Origin: Lama glama
Taxonomy: Eukaryota
Assembly: GCA_028534125.1 (NCBI GenBank)
Contig: CM052816.1
Span: 39,186,001-39,250,000 of the forward strand
Direction of reading: 5' to 3'
Length of the DNA: 64,000 nucleotides
The notes under the pieces are model-generated. The model was not told the origin of the DNA, did no database searches, and saw nothing but the letters and a program-made list of their open reading frames with translations. Made by a program: the position numbers and the translations under genes. Below are positions 37,086-49,569 of this stretch, one piece after another. Positions within the stretch are counted from its first letter, which is position 1, and each line of letters starts with the position of its first letter.

Positions 37086-39805
37086 GGTACATTACAAAAC
37101 CGTACATTTTGCTAAACCCCTTTATTAAAGGGATTTTTACATTGTTTCTGCAACAGAAGAATTAATAAATTTGTAGTTGAGGGTAGGATAGTTCTCAAAG
37201 GAGAAACTTGTTGAAAATATATAGTATAGATTAGAGCTAAGCATTCATGTTTTGTGAATATAGTTTGAGTATATCGGAGGCACAGGTGGAGCCCAGTGAG
37301 TAAATCAGCAAAGGCTTCAGGCGTTATTGACTGGTAAGGCATTTCAAACATTGTATCTGTTTTGTTCAGAACCTCTTTTAGATTCTTTTGTGAGTTACTG
37401 AAGAAGTCCAGGTTTATACCCTCAGGAGTTTGCAGTCTAAGCCTGGTTTGGAGAAGTGAGTAGTAGAGCAGAGGGACAATGGCTGCCAAGAAAGCAAGCA
37501 TGCAGAGAATGAAAGAAATGAGAAATTGCACTAAGGTGACAAATTTGGAGGGGGGGGGCATTAAAATGGAGCACCTTGAAGGACATGCTGAAAGTTAGTT
37601 AGAATTTGATGGTATGTAGATATTTTTTGGTCACTTGAGTCATAGTTTAAAAATACTTTGTAAAGAGGCAATCAAGGACTGATTAAAAGAAATGTAATCC
37701 AAAAAATGTATTTTGGAGGGAAGGGGTTGGTAATTGCTTTTTTTTAAGATTTAACAGAAGACTAAATCTAAATATTTTCTTCCTGTTCTTCTTATTCCTG
37801 CTCCACTGTCTCAAGGGAACTCACTGTCCCTTGCACAGGTTAGGTGCTGAGTAAATATTTGTTGATGGCAAGTCAACTGCATTTCTTCTACCAGAACAGT
37901 TTTGTGCTTGAGTTACTTCCCTTCCACCTTTCTAGTCTCCACCAAAGTCTTTCAATGTCTTGATCTTAGTTACCCAAAATTAGTGATTGTGAAGCAGCTT
38001 GATGTCAAAGGACAAACAAATGAAAAGTTCAAAGAAATTGGACACAAGTAAAAAATTTCTTGTCTTGTGTTTTATATTAAAACGTATTCTGAAATTTCAG
38101 TATTATTCCAGAATACATCATCTTATATATATAATAAACATCAGTTTAATATAAAGTGTTGTTTAAAATTATTAGCAGCTATAATTAACATTCTTAGAAA
38201 AATGTGTCAAGTTTAGCTTGGAGCTAGAAATCTCCAATTTAAGAAGCATAATCTGAGATGAAAGTGATCTGATAAATTAATTCTTGTTTCAGTTTAAGTT
38301 TGAATGACTGAAAACATTGGAAAAACGGAAGAGTATTTCCATGATATATTAATAGGCGTTTAATGGGGAAAAATAACCCCCAAACTTACCAAGTCGGTTT
38401 ACTTAACCTAGCATTTCTCAAAACAAACAGGATTTCTCTTAGCACTAAATTTCCCAATGTGCCTCCTATCTTCATGCATTTACAATAGACATGCCATGTA
38501 ATATTTCATGAAATTTCTTTCTTTAAAAGCAGAGTTACTGGGACTTGTGTAGCATATAATTCACATTAGGATTATAGGCTTAAAATGCCATCTTTCGACA
38601 AGAGGTTGCAAATTTCCTTTCTCAAAAAGTTTTACCATCAAGACAATGAGTTTTAATGATTGACTTTTAATCAATATGGCAAGTGTGCTGGGAATTTGGT
38701 TTTTGGATGGGAAATTTTCAAATTCTCAGATAAATCTTATAAATATGTCATTCCTAGATACTTTAGAAATTTTATCTTGAAACATCAAGAATTATAAATT
38801 GGCTTATAGATTTATTAAACTGGCATAAAAGTAAAAATCATGTTGAGAGTCTTAAAACTTGTTGTGTAAATTTTCTTGAAATATATTTCCAGTTACAGTC
38901 TTGATAAAGCAACATGTGAAGAAATTTTAGAGATCATGGTTTGTGTATACTCTTTCTATTAATTAATGAATGAAAACAATACACAGTAGCCCCTTAAGAG
39001 AGAGGAATAACTGGTTAAAAACTTTGTATTTTGATCAGATGCTCTTTATTTTCAATTTATAGTAACGTTTAAACTTCTGTAAATTTCATCTATATCCAAA
39101 CAGGACATTTTTGTTAAGTCAGTCAAAATTGGATTTCCAGCTTTTCCACGGTTACTTTATATTCCTTTATCATAGTTACAATAAGCAGATGAAATGTAAG
39201 TTTTTTCTTTTACTGTGCACATGATTTAGAATGCCACTGGTTGAAATAAGAGTTTTAGGCCATGTTTATTTTTGCCCCAGGAACTTTTAAATGATAGCTG
39301 TAATGTCTATAAGAGTGTTAGAAGAAAAAAAGAGGTTTCAGAACTCAGTTTCACCTTTCTTAAGACTAAGTCAGAGATCTCATGTTATAAGTATGTTTAA
39401 GAATTGAGTAATTTGACCTCTCAGGTCACCTGTACATTTTGTACTTTTCCAAGTGAGATCCATGGGAGTACATGGCACTTGGAAACTCTCTAGCAAACCA
39501 GCTTCGTAAGACCAGTCTTTTTATTTGTCATTTAAAGAAAAAAATGAAGTGTACTGTCATTCAGTATGTGATAAGCATCAATTTTATTTAACATCTGAAA
39601 ATTCATAAGGGTATAATTTTAAAACGAACTGATTCGTAAAGAAGTATGTTTGGGTTGCTTAGCTTTGAAACTTTGAGGCTTTTAAAATTGGTACATTTAT
39701 AGAAATATCAAAAGAAAGGAACAATCCAGCTTTAGTATGTTAATAATCATAGTCTACATGGTACACTTGTAATGATGCACATAAATTTCGTCTTCTCTCT
39801 TTTAG

Positions 39806-40069
39806 GTATTGTAGTAAATGGCCTGGTAAATATTAGCATTTCCACTATTGAGAAGCGCTATGAAATGAAGAGTTCTCTGACGGGCTTGATATCATCAAGC
39901 TATGATATCTCATTCTGTTTGTTGTCTTTATTTGTATCATTCTTCGGTGAAAGAGGACACAAACCAAGATGGCTTACATTTGCATCCTTTATGATAGGAT
40001 TGGGAGCACTTGTATTTTCATTGCCAAAATTTTTTAGTGGAAGATACCAGTTGGGTTCCCTTTTTGAAG
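39806..40069 (+). CDS. SLCO4C1: SLCO4C1 coding exon 2
   Basis: Acceptor tcttctctcttttAG. Reads (G)IVVNGLVNISISTIEKRYEMKSSLTGLISSSYDISFCLLSLFVSFFGERGHKPRWL...GSLFE. Donor G|GTAAGT; 264 nt, phase 1-1, in frame with exon 1. Confidence 0.97.
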
Positions 40070-41394
40070 GTAAGTCCCTGTTGTGTTTTTGTTTGTGTTA
40101 GTTTAAGAAGCAGCGTGAAACCAGGCCGTTAGCTGTCTATTGTCACTCACTTGTACAGGTAATTAGGGTAAGGGCTTAAGTCTCTTCCACTGCTCACTGC
40201 TTTGTTGTGATGTGAATTGTGTGAAGTAGGAGATTACAGATAAGATTGTGCATTATCCATTGCTCCAGTGGTTCTCCAAGTTTTTAATCCTGTAATACTC
40301 ATTCCCCACATTACACACAATCCTCCTCAAAAAAGCGATGGCCTGTTTTGCTTTGCAGGTACTGTGACCTCATTAGGGTTCTAAGATCTCTAGTCTTCCT
40401 TTTGTGGTTTTATTTGCTGAACTTACAGCTCTACACCGTGGACAAGTTGACTCCTGATTTGAGAAAAAGAGGTGACTCTTAAAGGAGTGGAGCTTTTCCT
40501 GAGAACTGAAACTGGCTTTACTTTTGACTCTCTAGTTTAGAGACACGGAACTTCCTGAGTTGCCTAAAGTGTAGCTCTGGTTATTATATTATTTAAAGTC
40601 TCAGAAAGGAAGTTTGATTATTTATATTTCTTCCTTTTTTTTCTCCCCAAAGAATCCTTTTTAAGGGAAAAACAATTATATTAGAGTCAGAGGAATGTGC
40701 TAATGAAAGTAAATCTTAACATTTTTTGTTCCTCCCGAGACTTTTAATAGCAAATACTGAAATAAAATCAGAAGCTTTAAGAGGTTAGGTAAGTGAAGTA
40801 AAATCTTATAGTAAGAAGAAAGGGGAACTGGGGCCAGCTGTACTGTAGACATTATTTTGAAAAGTTTAAGATTGTTGTATTTGTATTAACATTGAATAAT
40901 TAATATTAAAATGTTAACATTTCCCAAGGTCTATTTCTCAATTAGAGAACAACAACAAATAGTAAGGTGTTAAGAGTGTACTTAGTAAGTAAGCAGACTT
41001 CATTTTGGAAATAAAAATAGAATATGCAAGCATATGGGTCAAAAGAAGATAATTTTAAAATGTGGTATAGTTTGGAATGAATGAAATAGGTGAATATGTT
41101 ATCAGCGGAAAGAACAGTTACTAGATTCTACTACATTATCTAAGATTTGACAAGATTTTATCAGGCCAACTTTACATACTTTCTTTGGGGGTAGTTTTAG
41201 AAACAAGATATGGAGGTGTCAGTATAGTACCTTTGAAATTTTAATCATAAGGGATAGTCTAAATTTTAGTCTGTCACAAAGAAGCTCAAAACTGATTCTA
41301 TGACAGCAAAAATGTTACTGTGCTTATAGCATTTACATAGTAATCTTAGTATTGAATCTAATCCCTCATTCTTCCAGTTGGTCAGATGCCCTGC

Positions 41395-41737
41395 TTGTTG
41401 TTTTTGTTTGTTTGTTTGTTTGTTTTTAAATTGAAGTATAGTCAGTTTCCAATGTTGTAAATTTCTGGTGTGCGGCATAATCGTTAGGTCATACATATAT
41501 GTACATGTTTGTTTTCATATTCTTTTTAATTATAGGTTACTACAAGATATTGAATATATTTCCCTGTACTGTACAATATAAACTTGTTGTTTATCTACTT
41601 TATATATAGTAGTTAGTATCTACAAATTTCGAACTCCCAATTTATCCCTTCCCACTCCTGCCCCCTACCCCTGTAACCATAAGTTTGTTTTCTGTTTCTG
41701 TGAGTCTGTTTATGTTTTGTAAATGAGTCCATTTGTC
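41395..41737 (-). mobile_element. 5'-truncated LINE-1 3' end with a (TTTG)n tail
   Basis: The reverse complement resembles the L1 3'UTR at 1100-1400 of this window. Confidence 0.88.
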
Positions 41738-42169
41738 AACTTTGTTAAAAGATCTGACTCTCTAAACTGAAACATAAGCACCTACTCCAGCACAAAAGAC
41801 TGATCTGTCCTCAGCAGTCTTGTTAGGTTCATCTCTTGCAATACACGTGTTGAACTGCAGTCAGTCTGAACAATTTATATTTCCCAAGGGGAAATGGCCA
41901 CAAATTAAGATGTGTGTATGGCCAGAGATGAAGCCAAGAAGATTATTGAAGCCAGATTATACACTTTTAGTACATTATTGTATATTGTGCAAGTTTTCAC
42001 CAAATTCATATTGATATTTTTCATTATTTTAGGTAAAGGAATAGGCTGATCTGTAAAATTTCTACTCTAAATTAAGATTCATAATTTAAATAATAGTTTG
42101 TGGCAGATGAAAACAAAAACTCAGGTTGCCCTTATGTTGTTTGCTTTCATATGATGGATATTTACTGAT

Positions 42170-42950
42170 ATGGAATACACATGGTGCTGAGAAAATAGAG
42201 GTGGCACAGTTTCATGCCATTTGGATTTTATATATTAGTGGGAGGAAATAGAAAATAAATAAATGAACAAGTTAATGGAAGATGGAGGTGAGTGAATAAA
42301 GGCAATAAATAGTGTGAAGTAATAGTGTACAAAAGGGAAAATATGTGGGCAGGGGAAGGCTGTTGTGATTAAAAAGTGGATAATGAGGAGCCAGCCTTGG
42401 AAGATGATTTCCAGGCTGGAGAAAAAAAGTGATCACGGGCTTTGGAGCCAGAAACAGCTCGATAGGTTTTCAGAATTGTCAGTTTTGGCCAGTATGATCA
42501 AAGCAAGGGAGAATGTGGCATGAGATGAACTTGAGAGGCAGGTAGACCCCAGCATGAGGCACTTGAATTTGCCTTTAAGTGCAATTGGTAGTCTTGAGAG
42601 AGTTTTACACAGGGAAGTACAGGTCTAATTTATGTTTTTAAATGGTCATTTGGCTTCTTTGTTCTGAAGGACAAGAGTAAACGGGAGGAAATTGCCCAGG
42701 AGGTTTTTACTATAGTTCAGGTGAGCCATAAAGGTGATTTGGTAGCAGGAGAGGTCTAGAGACTGACTGATTTTCAATGTATTTTAGAGGAAAAAGAGAT
42801 GGCACTTTGTAGTGGATTGATAGTGAAAAAGGAATAAATAATGACTCCTTCAATTTGGCTTGACCTACTGTGGCCGTTTACTAGAATGCGGAAGACTAGG
42901 TAGAACAGAAATGGGAATGAAAATTGAGAATTCAGGTTTGGGCTTAAGTA
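42170..42950 (-). mobile_element. LINE-2 fragment
   Basis: L2-like antisense motifs ggcatgagatgaacttgagaggcagg and gagaattcaggtttggg. Confidence 0.7.
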
Positions 42951-45339
42951 TGAACTGCGTATTGTACATCCAGTGTTGCAATATGTATCTTTGGACATTT
43001 ATGTGTTTACTTAAATGTGCAAGTCATTCTTTATTCTTCATTCCTAGAAATGAAAATACCTGTTTGAAGGGCTTCCTCATTCTAATTTTTGGTAGATAAT
43101 GTCACACTAACTTTTAGGAAGGGATATACCAGCTACTCTCCAATATATGAAAGTGCCTGGTTGCTGTTTTGAATTTTTTACATTCTTTTTTTCCTGAAAG
43201 TTTTCCTTAATAGAAATGTCACTGTGGTATGTTTGTGTGTATGTCCAGGTGTTTACAATGTAATGGGTACAAAACTCAGGACTGAAATTACGTTACATAT
43301 GTACAGGAACCTAGACATTTACAAACAGAAGAAATGTTAAAATTATAAATCCCTTCTTTTATAGTGTAGAACCTTAGGACACGAGGTGAAGTAACTTTAT
43401 AGTGATTTCATAGGTAGTCAATAACAATTAAAATTAATACTAGTTTTTATGTTTTGTTTAATGTTTTAAAAATTTTTAATTATTACTCATAGGTTTATTA
43501 ACTAAATCGAATAATTTCAATTCTTGTGAGTTTAAACCATTTCTTCCCCAATTTCAAATAGTCAGTTTTAATGGTCTGTACTTTTTAAAAAACATAATAA
43601 CTTGTCTGCTCAAGTGAATCAATCCACATTTGCAAATAAGGGGTCCTGTAACCAAAAATCTCAGTTATTTGTCCAACTCTGATGTGGAAGAAAACTGAAG
43701 ATTTAAGTGAGAAAAGGAAAGCAAATGAGTTAAAAGCTTCCTGTAAATAAATTAGAAGCAAGGAATCGTACAATCTTCTTAGATAATATTACATAAATGA
43801 CCTAAAGAGCATAACATTAAGAAGTGTATTATTAATTGAAATCAACATATAATTTAATTTGAAACTGACATTGAGAGAATTAACGTATTCCCCTGTGTAC
43901 TTTTTTGTTGCTATTGTTTTTTGAACTGGAGGGAAACCAAAGTCAGTTTGTATGAGACAATCTCTTTAAAAGAAGATTAAAGTAATATAATATAGTTGGT
44001 AAGTAGAAGAATACAATATATGAAATATGATAAGCATGTATAATTTCCACAGGTGTGAGGATAACACAAAAGGAGGTTAAGAGTTAGCAAAAAAGTAAAC
44101 AAGTGTGGTTGGAAACAGCTTGAATTTTCTTTTGTTCTATTAAAAAAATTTAAGTAGGTTTGGGAAAGCATTTTTTTAAGAGAAGCTTTTATGGAGACAT
44201 AAGGGTTAAGGTGAGTATCTAACTTTGAATGGAGATAATAACATTTACCCAAGAGGGGTTTTGCTTGTTATTTTGTTCGTTATTAGACACACACCCCAAA
44301 AAGGAAGAATTAAAATTAGGGGAGGTAGAATGTTTCTAAGGGCTAGTTTTGGTATATGTTAACCTGAAAATAGAATAATGTCATAAAACATTTTCAAGTA
44401 AATCATATTTGCCACTCACTTTTGATATATTTTAACATAACATTGACATAACACAACTTATTTTAATCTAACGTTTAAATACTTAAAAAATATAACAAAT
44501 AAATCTTTACCACATAAAACTTTGTTTTCATCCAAGCACTTTTTAGTTTCCTATGGAAGATTGTTAATTTAAGGTTGCTAAGCAAAATAATCTTTTCTTC
44601 TCTTAGAGACTTTGGGGCAGGGGTCATTAGTAAATACTTGGGAATTGTACAGAAGTAATTACTAAATCTAGTAAAGCTCTTTTTCTTTATTGGATAAGTT
44701 TTCCTAAGTTCTATTCTTTCCTTGTTTTCTCCTTTCCATCCCTTTCTCTCCAGAAAATGTAGCTGTCAACACTTCCCATTTGCTTCCTCACTAAATTTCT
44801 AATGTTTTAGAAATGGTACTTCTGGGAGAATCCTGCATCAAAGGACTTTGGTTACATAGGGTAACTACTTAAGAGAATTGAACTAGGAAAATGATTAGAG
44901 TGGGACTCAAAGTTGGACTTAATTTTTATTTTGTTTTGTCTTTGCCTTTTATTATTAAGGATTTTTTTTTTTAAATAGGGAATGCTAGCCTAGATTGGAG
45001 AAGACATAGGACCAAGGATCTTAGAGTTTTCAACCACCAGTTCAGTACAGGATGCTTTAATTTTGCTTGGCCCCTGAGTGTTCTTCCTTCTTGATACTGC
45101 TTCTTCCTTATGGAAATCACTTTTATTTTTCTTACATTTTAATTTTAGTGTAATGAAATGAATAAAGAAGAAAGGTGATTTCTTAGGCTAAAAGACATAA
45201 TGGTGTAATAAAACTAATTATTTGAAAAGATTTTTAAATTTAATATACACAGTAAAAAGCTAGAGCTAACTTTTAGGGATATGCACTACTGCAGATGAAA
45301 CTGTCATGATTTTTAATATCAGAGGCACTTTACTCTTCT

Positions 45340-45500
45340 GCAGAGTTCCTGGAAAATTTGAATTATCCTGGATGATTGCTACCCTTATTTCATGTCCCAT
45401 GGAGATCCTGATTTAGTAAGTCTAGAGTAGAACTCAGGAATTTAAATTTTTAAAAATTACCCAGATTATTTTAGCACTCCATTTTGGGAGATATGTTTCT
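45340..45500. mobile_element. MER5-like hAT-Charlie element
   Basis: gagatcctgatttagtaagtctagagtagaactcaggaattt..ttacccagatt. Confidence 0.55.
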
Positions 45501-46984
45501 AGTTTAGTGTTTATTTATTTTGTCAGGTCGACTGTGGGCATAAAGAGAAAGGTTTCTTTCATTTCAAGATTATTGCTTTATATTTTCATTTAAAATAGGA
45601 GTTTCACAACCATCATGAAATACTACATACCTTAATGCAGCCGGTTTTGTTGAAATTCAAGTGACCAAACTTCTGAAATAGAGGAAACTCACAGAGAAAA
45701 ATAAGGAAATATGGAAATAAGGAAAGCATGTGTCAATGAGATGTTAGCACAAACTCAGTTCTGCCCACAGCTATAGTTTGCACATAGGTACAAATTTGAA
45801 AATCCATGGCCTTGAACAACATTTCCCAAAGTATAATCTGCACGGCACAGTTCTGTAGGTATTTAGAGTATGTTAGACATGTGTCCCGTAGTTCAGTTAG
45901 TTTGGGAAAAGATGAAAGAGTGGTGAATCACTGTAAAAATGAATGCATTGTGTGACTTTTGTGATGTGTAGAGTTCTGAACTTACTGACCAAGGGACTTC
46001 ATTGGTTTGCTTGTCCCTTTTACCTGCTTCCACTACTCACTTTTCTTTTCTTCCCCAGATAAGGTTTCAGTGAACAGGCTTTGGGAAAATTTGCTGTATG
46101 CTGTCTTATGTCTAAGTATGTGACTTTGAAACCCTTATTCAATTTAGAAATTTCTTTATGGCCAGCACCTAGAACAGCGTGTGATCGTCAGTAGGTACTT
46201 AAGAAATGTTTGTTGGGTTGTCAGAATATATGAATGGATCCCTCCAATGGAGGCATATTACAAGTCTGATGACTTATCCTTCCATAAAAGGTAGTGTGAG
46301 TAGGTAATGGCAGATAAGAGCAGTTTGGGATTCTCTGTTCACATTTTCCATAAACTTGACTTTATGAAATGAATATAGTCCATTAAGAATAATGGGACAT
46401 TTTCTTTTTTTTTTTGGCCACTGACTTGGGAAGAATTGTGTTATCAGAGGCAAATATTATTTGCTGTGAGTGATCTTTATGGGTAAGATTTGGGATCTGA
46501 AAAATTTGCAACAGGAAAAAAGGAAGCTAAAATGAGAAGCATACTCAGAAATAGTAACAAAATGCTTCGATACTCTACTTTTGTCTTAATTACTTGCCAA
46601 AATACTGATTTCACTACGTGCCTACTGCACTTCTAAGGTGGTGCTAAAATTTCAGAATTATTTTTTGATAAGCTGTTAGTAGTGATTACCCTTATTTACC
46701 TTCATGTGTGAAATAAAAGGAAATGCTCTGATAGAACAGTCAAGTTAAATGTAGGCATAGTTGTGTCTAACTAGATATAATGTATGGGAGCTGATGATTA
46801 AGCAATGCTTTCTGTAGCTTCCTATAAGATTGGTAAAAATGTGGCTTGTGACGAGAAAGAAATGAGGAAATTCTATTTTCTTAGCCCCTGTTCTTAAAAA
46901 TGCACAAATTAGCCATGTGTTTTAATGTACTTTTTTCTCTTTTATTTTAATGCTGTTAGCACATTACATTGAGTGGAAATATGC

Positions 46985-47190
46985 AGCAGCATAGCAGGGA
47001 TGTTAAGGTCAGGCAAAAGAGTTTAAATTTTTGCTTGAACGCTGTATGCTAGGGCTGTATGACCCTGCACACATTTCTTCAACTATAAATCATGATGATG
47101 ATAATAACTGCTACCTCATAGGAAATTATACACAAACAGTGACAAGGCAGTGCTAGGTGTAGGTAGGTGCTCATTAAATAGTAGCAATGA
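46985..47190 (+). mobile_element. MIR SINE
   Basis: gctgtatgaccctg..ataataactgctacctcatagg..taggtgctcattaaatagtagc. Confidence 0.7.
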
Positions 47191-48099
47191 GTAACAATGA
47201 TATTTATGATAATTAAGTAAGAGCTATACTAGTGTAAAAAAAAAAACTGCCTTTCTTGGTTTGTTTAGTTATTGTCAGTGGTAGTTACAGGACGATACGT
47301 ACAACTAAAAACTTTCAGTATGATAACATATTTTTTTGTAGGTGCCACTTGATATTGACATATCCCAAAGTCTGGCTAAATAGTTTCCAAGTAACATATT
47401 AGAAAAGATTTTAATTAGATATGTTTCCAGGATTGTCTCCGCTTTATGAGATAAGAAAATTAATTTATTGGTGTAGTTCAGACTAATTGGATCCACTCAA
47501 AATAAAATATTAAAATATTGCTTTCTAAATAGCCAAGTTTCCTCTTTTAAAATATCATTAATTTTTTTCCCCTAATTTTAAACATGATGTTTCCCTTTGG
47601 AATACAATCAGAAGATAGAAAAATACAAACAAAAATGGTATTTAAAAGGGAAAAAAAGGAATAAAAAAGTAAGGAGATAAAAATTTCTCATGATAACCCA
47701 GCCTAGATAACACACTGTCAATATTGTTAAGCCTTTTTAATGTGTACACACATCATACATGTATTCTCTAGTAGTCATGCATAATTACACTTTTACACTG
47801 CATAGTTATTAACACACATTCGTACCTGCACTAACCTTCATACATATTCATACATCTTTACATCACGTTTACACTTACACATACAAATGCACATTTTAAG
47901 AAAAGAAGGTTTTGTACTTAAGAATATCTGCTTTTTTAAATTTAGACTATACATTGGACATTGTTATATATTTAAAAAGACAAAGCTGCAGAATACTTAT
48001 GCTTTTGTATTATTTCATTTTATATGTAGTCTATTTAATCAACCCTCTTTTGCTGTGATTTTTATTAATTCATTTTATTTTTCTGGTCAGAAGAGTTCT

Positions 48100-48138
48100 T
48101 TTTTTTTTTTTTTAACATTTTTTATTGATTTATAGTCA
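48100..48138 (-). mobile_element. 39-bp, extremely 5'-truncated young L1 with a perfect 15-bp TSD
   Basis: TSD ggtcagaagagttct at 48085-99 and 48139-53. The insert reverse complement, tgactataaatcaataaaaaatgtt+polyA, resembles the L1 end at ~1372-1395. Confidence 0.9.
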
Positions 48139-48407
48139 GGTCAGAAGAGTTCTATTTGTCACTGCAGACAATTTGAATAATACTAAGAAGTGGGAAGAGA
48201 AAAAACCCAATTCATTATTATTCTTTTCTTAGGAAGAACAACTTTGGGACTGTGTTAATATTTTTATTGTGCCTATTTCTTATAGAATTAATGTAATATT
48301 TTGCATAATTTGCAACCTGTGATTCTTATTCTTGCATAGCATTCCATTTTATATTTTAACCATTCGTACAGAGTTAAATATTTACATTTTAAAAGTTTTC
48401 CTTTATT

Positions 48408-48567
48408 GGGGGGAGGGTATAGCACAAGTGGCAGAGCGCATGCTTAGCATGCACAAGGTCCTGGGTTCAATCCCCAGTACCTCCTCTAAAAATAAATAAA
48501 TGAATGAACCTAATTACCTCCCCCCTCAAAAAAAATGCAAAACAAGGGGATTAAAAAATCAGATAAT
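48408..48567 (+). mobile_element. tRNA-Ala-derived SINE (camelid Vic-1-like)
   Basis: The head gggtatagcacaagtggcagagcgcatgcttagcatgcacaaggtcctgggttcaatccccagtacctcc resembles tRNA-Ala(AGC). A-rich tail; 16-bp TSD with 2 mismatches (48391-406 / 48568-83). Confidence 0.9.
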
Positions 48568-48649
48568 AAAAATTTTCCGTTATAAATGACTTCATGATAG
48601 CATTTTTCTGTTTAAAGATTTTACTATATTTTGGTAGTTATACAGTAAT

Positions 48650-49520
48650 GAACATTTTGGAACTGACTTTTTTCTCTCAGAATAATTCTCTGAAGACTCA
48701 TCAGGACTGAGTTTATCAATTTCTTGTTCCTTCTTGTTGCTAATTAGTAGGTATTTACCACAATTTGTTTAACCATTTGCCTACTGAAGGACGTCTGGGT
48801 TGATCCAGTTTTTGGATATTAAAAATGAAGTCATGAACATTTGTGTACAGACTTTTATGTGATCATAGTTTTCATTTCTCTGGGGTAGATGTCCAGGAAT
48901 AAAACTGTTCAATCATATGATAGTTGTATACTTAGTGTTCTGAGAAACGGTTAACTATTTTTGAGAGTGACTATACATTTTACATTCTCATCAGCAAGGT
49001 ATGAGTGATCCAGTCTGTCTGTAGCCTTGCCAGCATCTGGTTCGTCATTATTTTGTATGTTAGCCACTCTGATGGGTTGTAGTGAAGTCTGATTATGGTT
49101 TAATTTATATTTTCCTAATGGCTAATGATGTTGAGCGTCTTTGCTTGTGTTCATTTGCCATCTGTCTATCCTTCGTGTAATGTTGTTTCAGGGTTTTTGC
49201 CCGTTTTCTAACTGGATTGTGTATTTTTTATTGGTGAGTTTTGAAAGTTACTTATGTATTATAAGTACTAGATCTTTTTCAGGTAGATGGTTTGCAAATA
49301 TTTCTATTTAGTCTGTAGCCTGTCCTTTTCAACCTCTTGACAGGGTTTTTCACAGAGCAAATGTTTTGAATTTGGGTGAAGTTCAATTTATCACTCTTTT
49401 CCTTTTGTTGTCAAGTCTAAGAATTCTTTGCCAAGTCCTAGATCCCAAAGATTTTCTTTTCTCTTTCTCAAAAAGTTTATAGTTTTCCATTTAACTTTGT
49501 GATACATTATGAGTTCATTT
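48650..49520 (-). mobile_element. LINE-1 (L1MB/MC-like) 3' portion, antisense
   Basis: tttacattctcatcagcaa..cctaatggctaatgatgttgagc..tttgcaaatattt..cacagagcaaatgttt. Confidence 0.85.
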
Positions 49521-49569
49521 GACTCTCTCTATATTTCCAGTTAGCATTCTCTATTTCCTTCTTTTAAAA

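Noticed and set aside
37112..37561. 149-aa antisense ORF in intron 1
   Set aside because: No recognisable domain or other supporting evidence.
48408..48485. Functional tRNA-Ala(AGC) gene
   Set aside because: Altered A box, an acceptor-stem mismatch, an A-rich tail with TSD and a second related copy all indicate a SINE.
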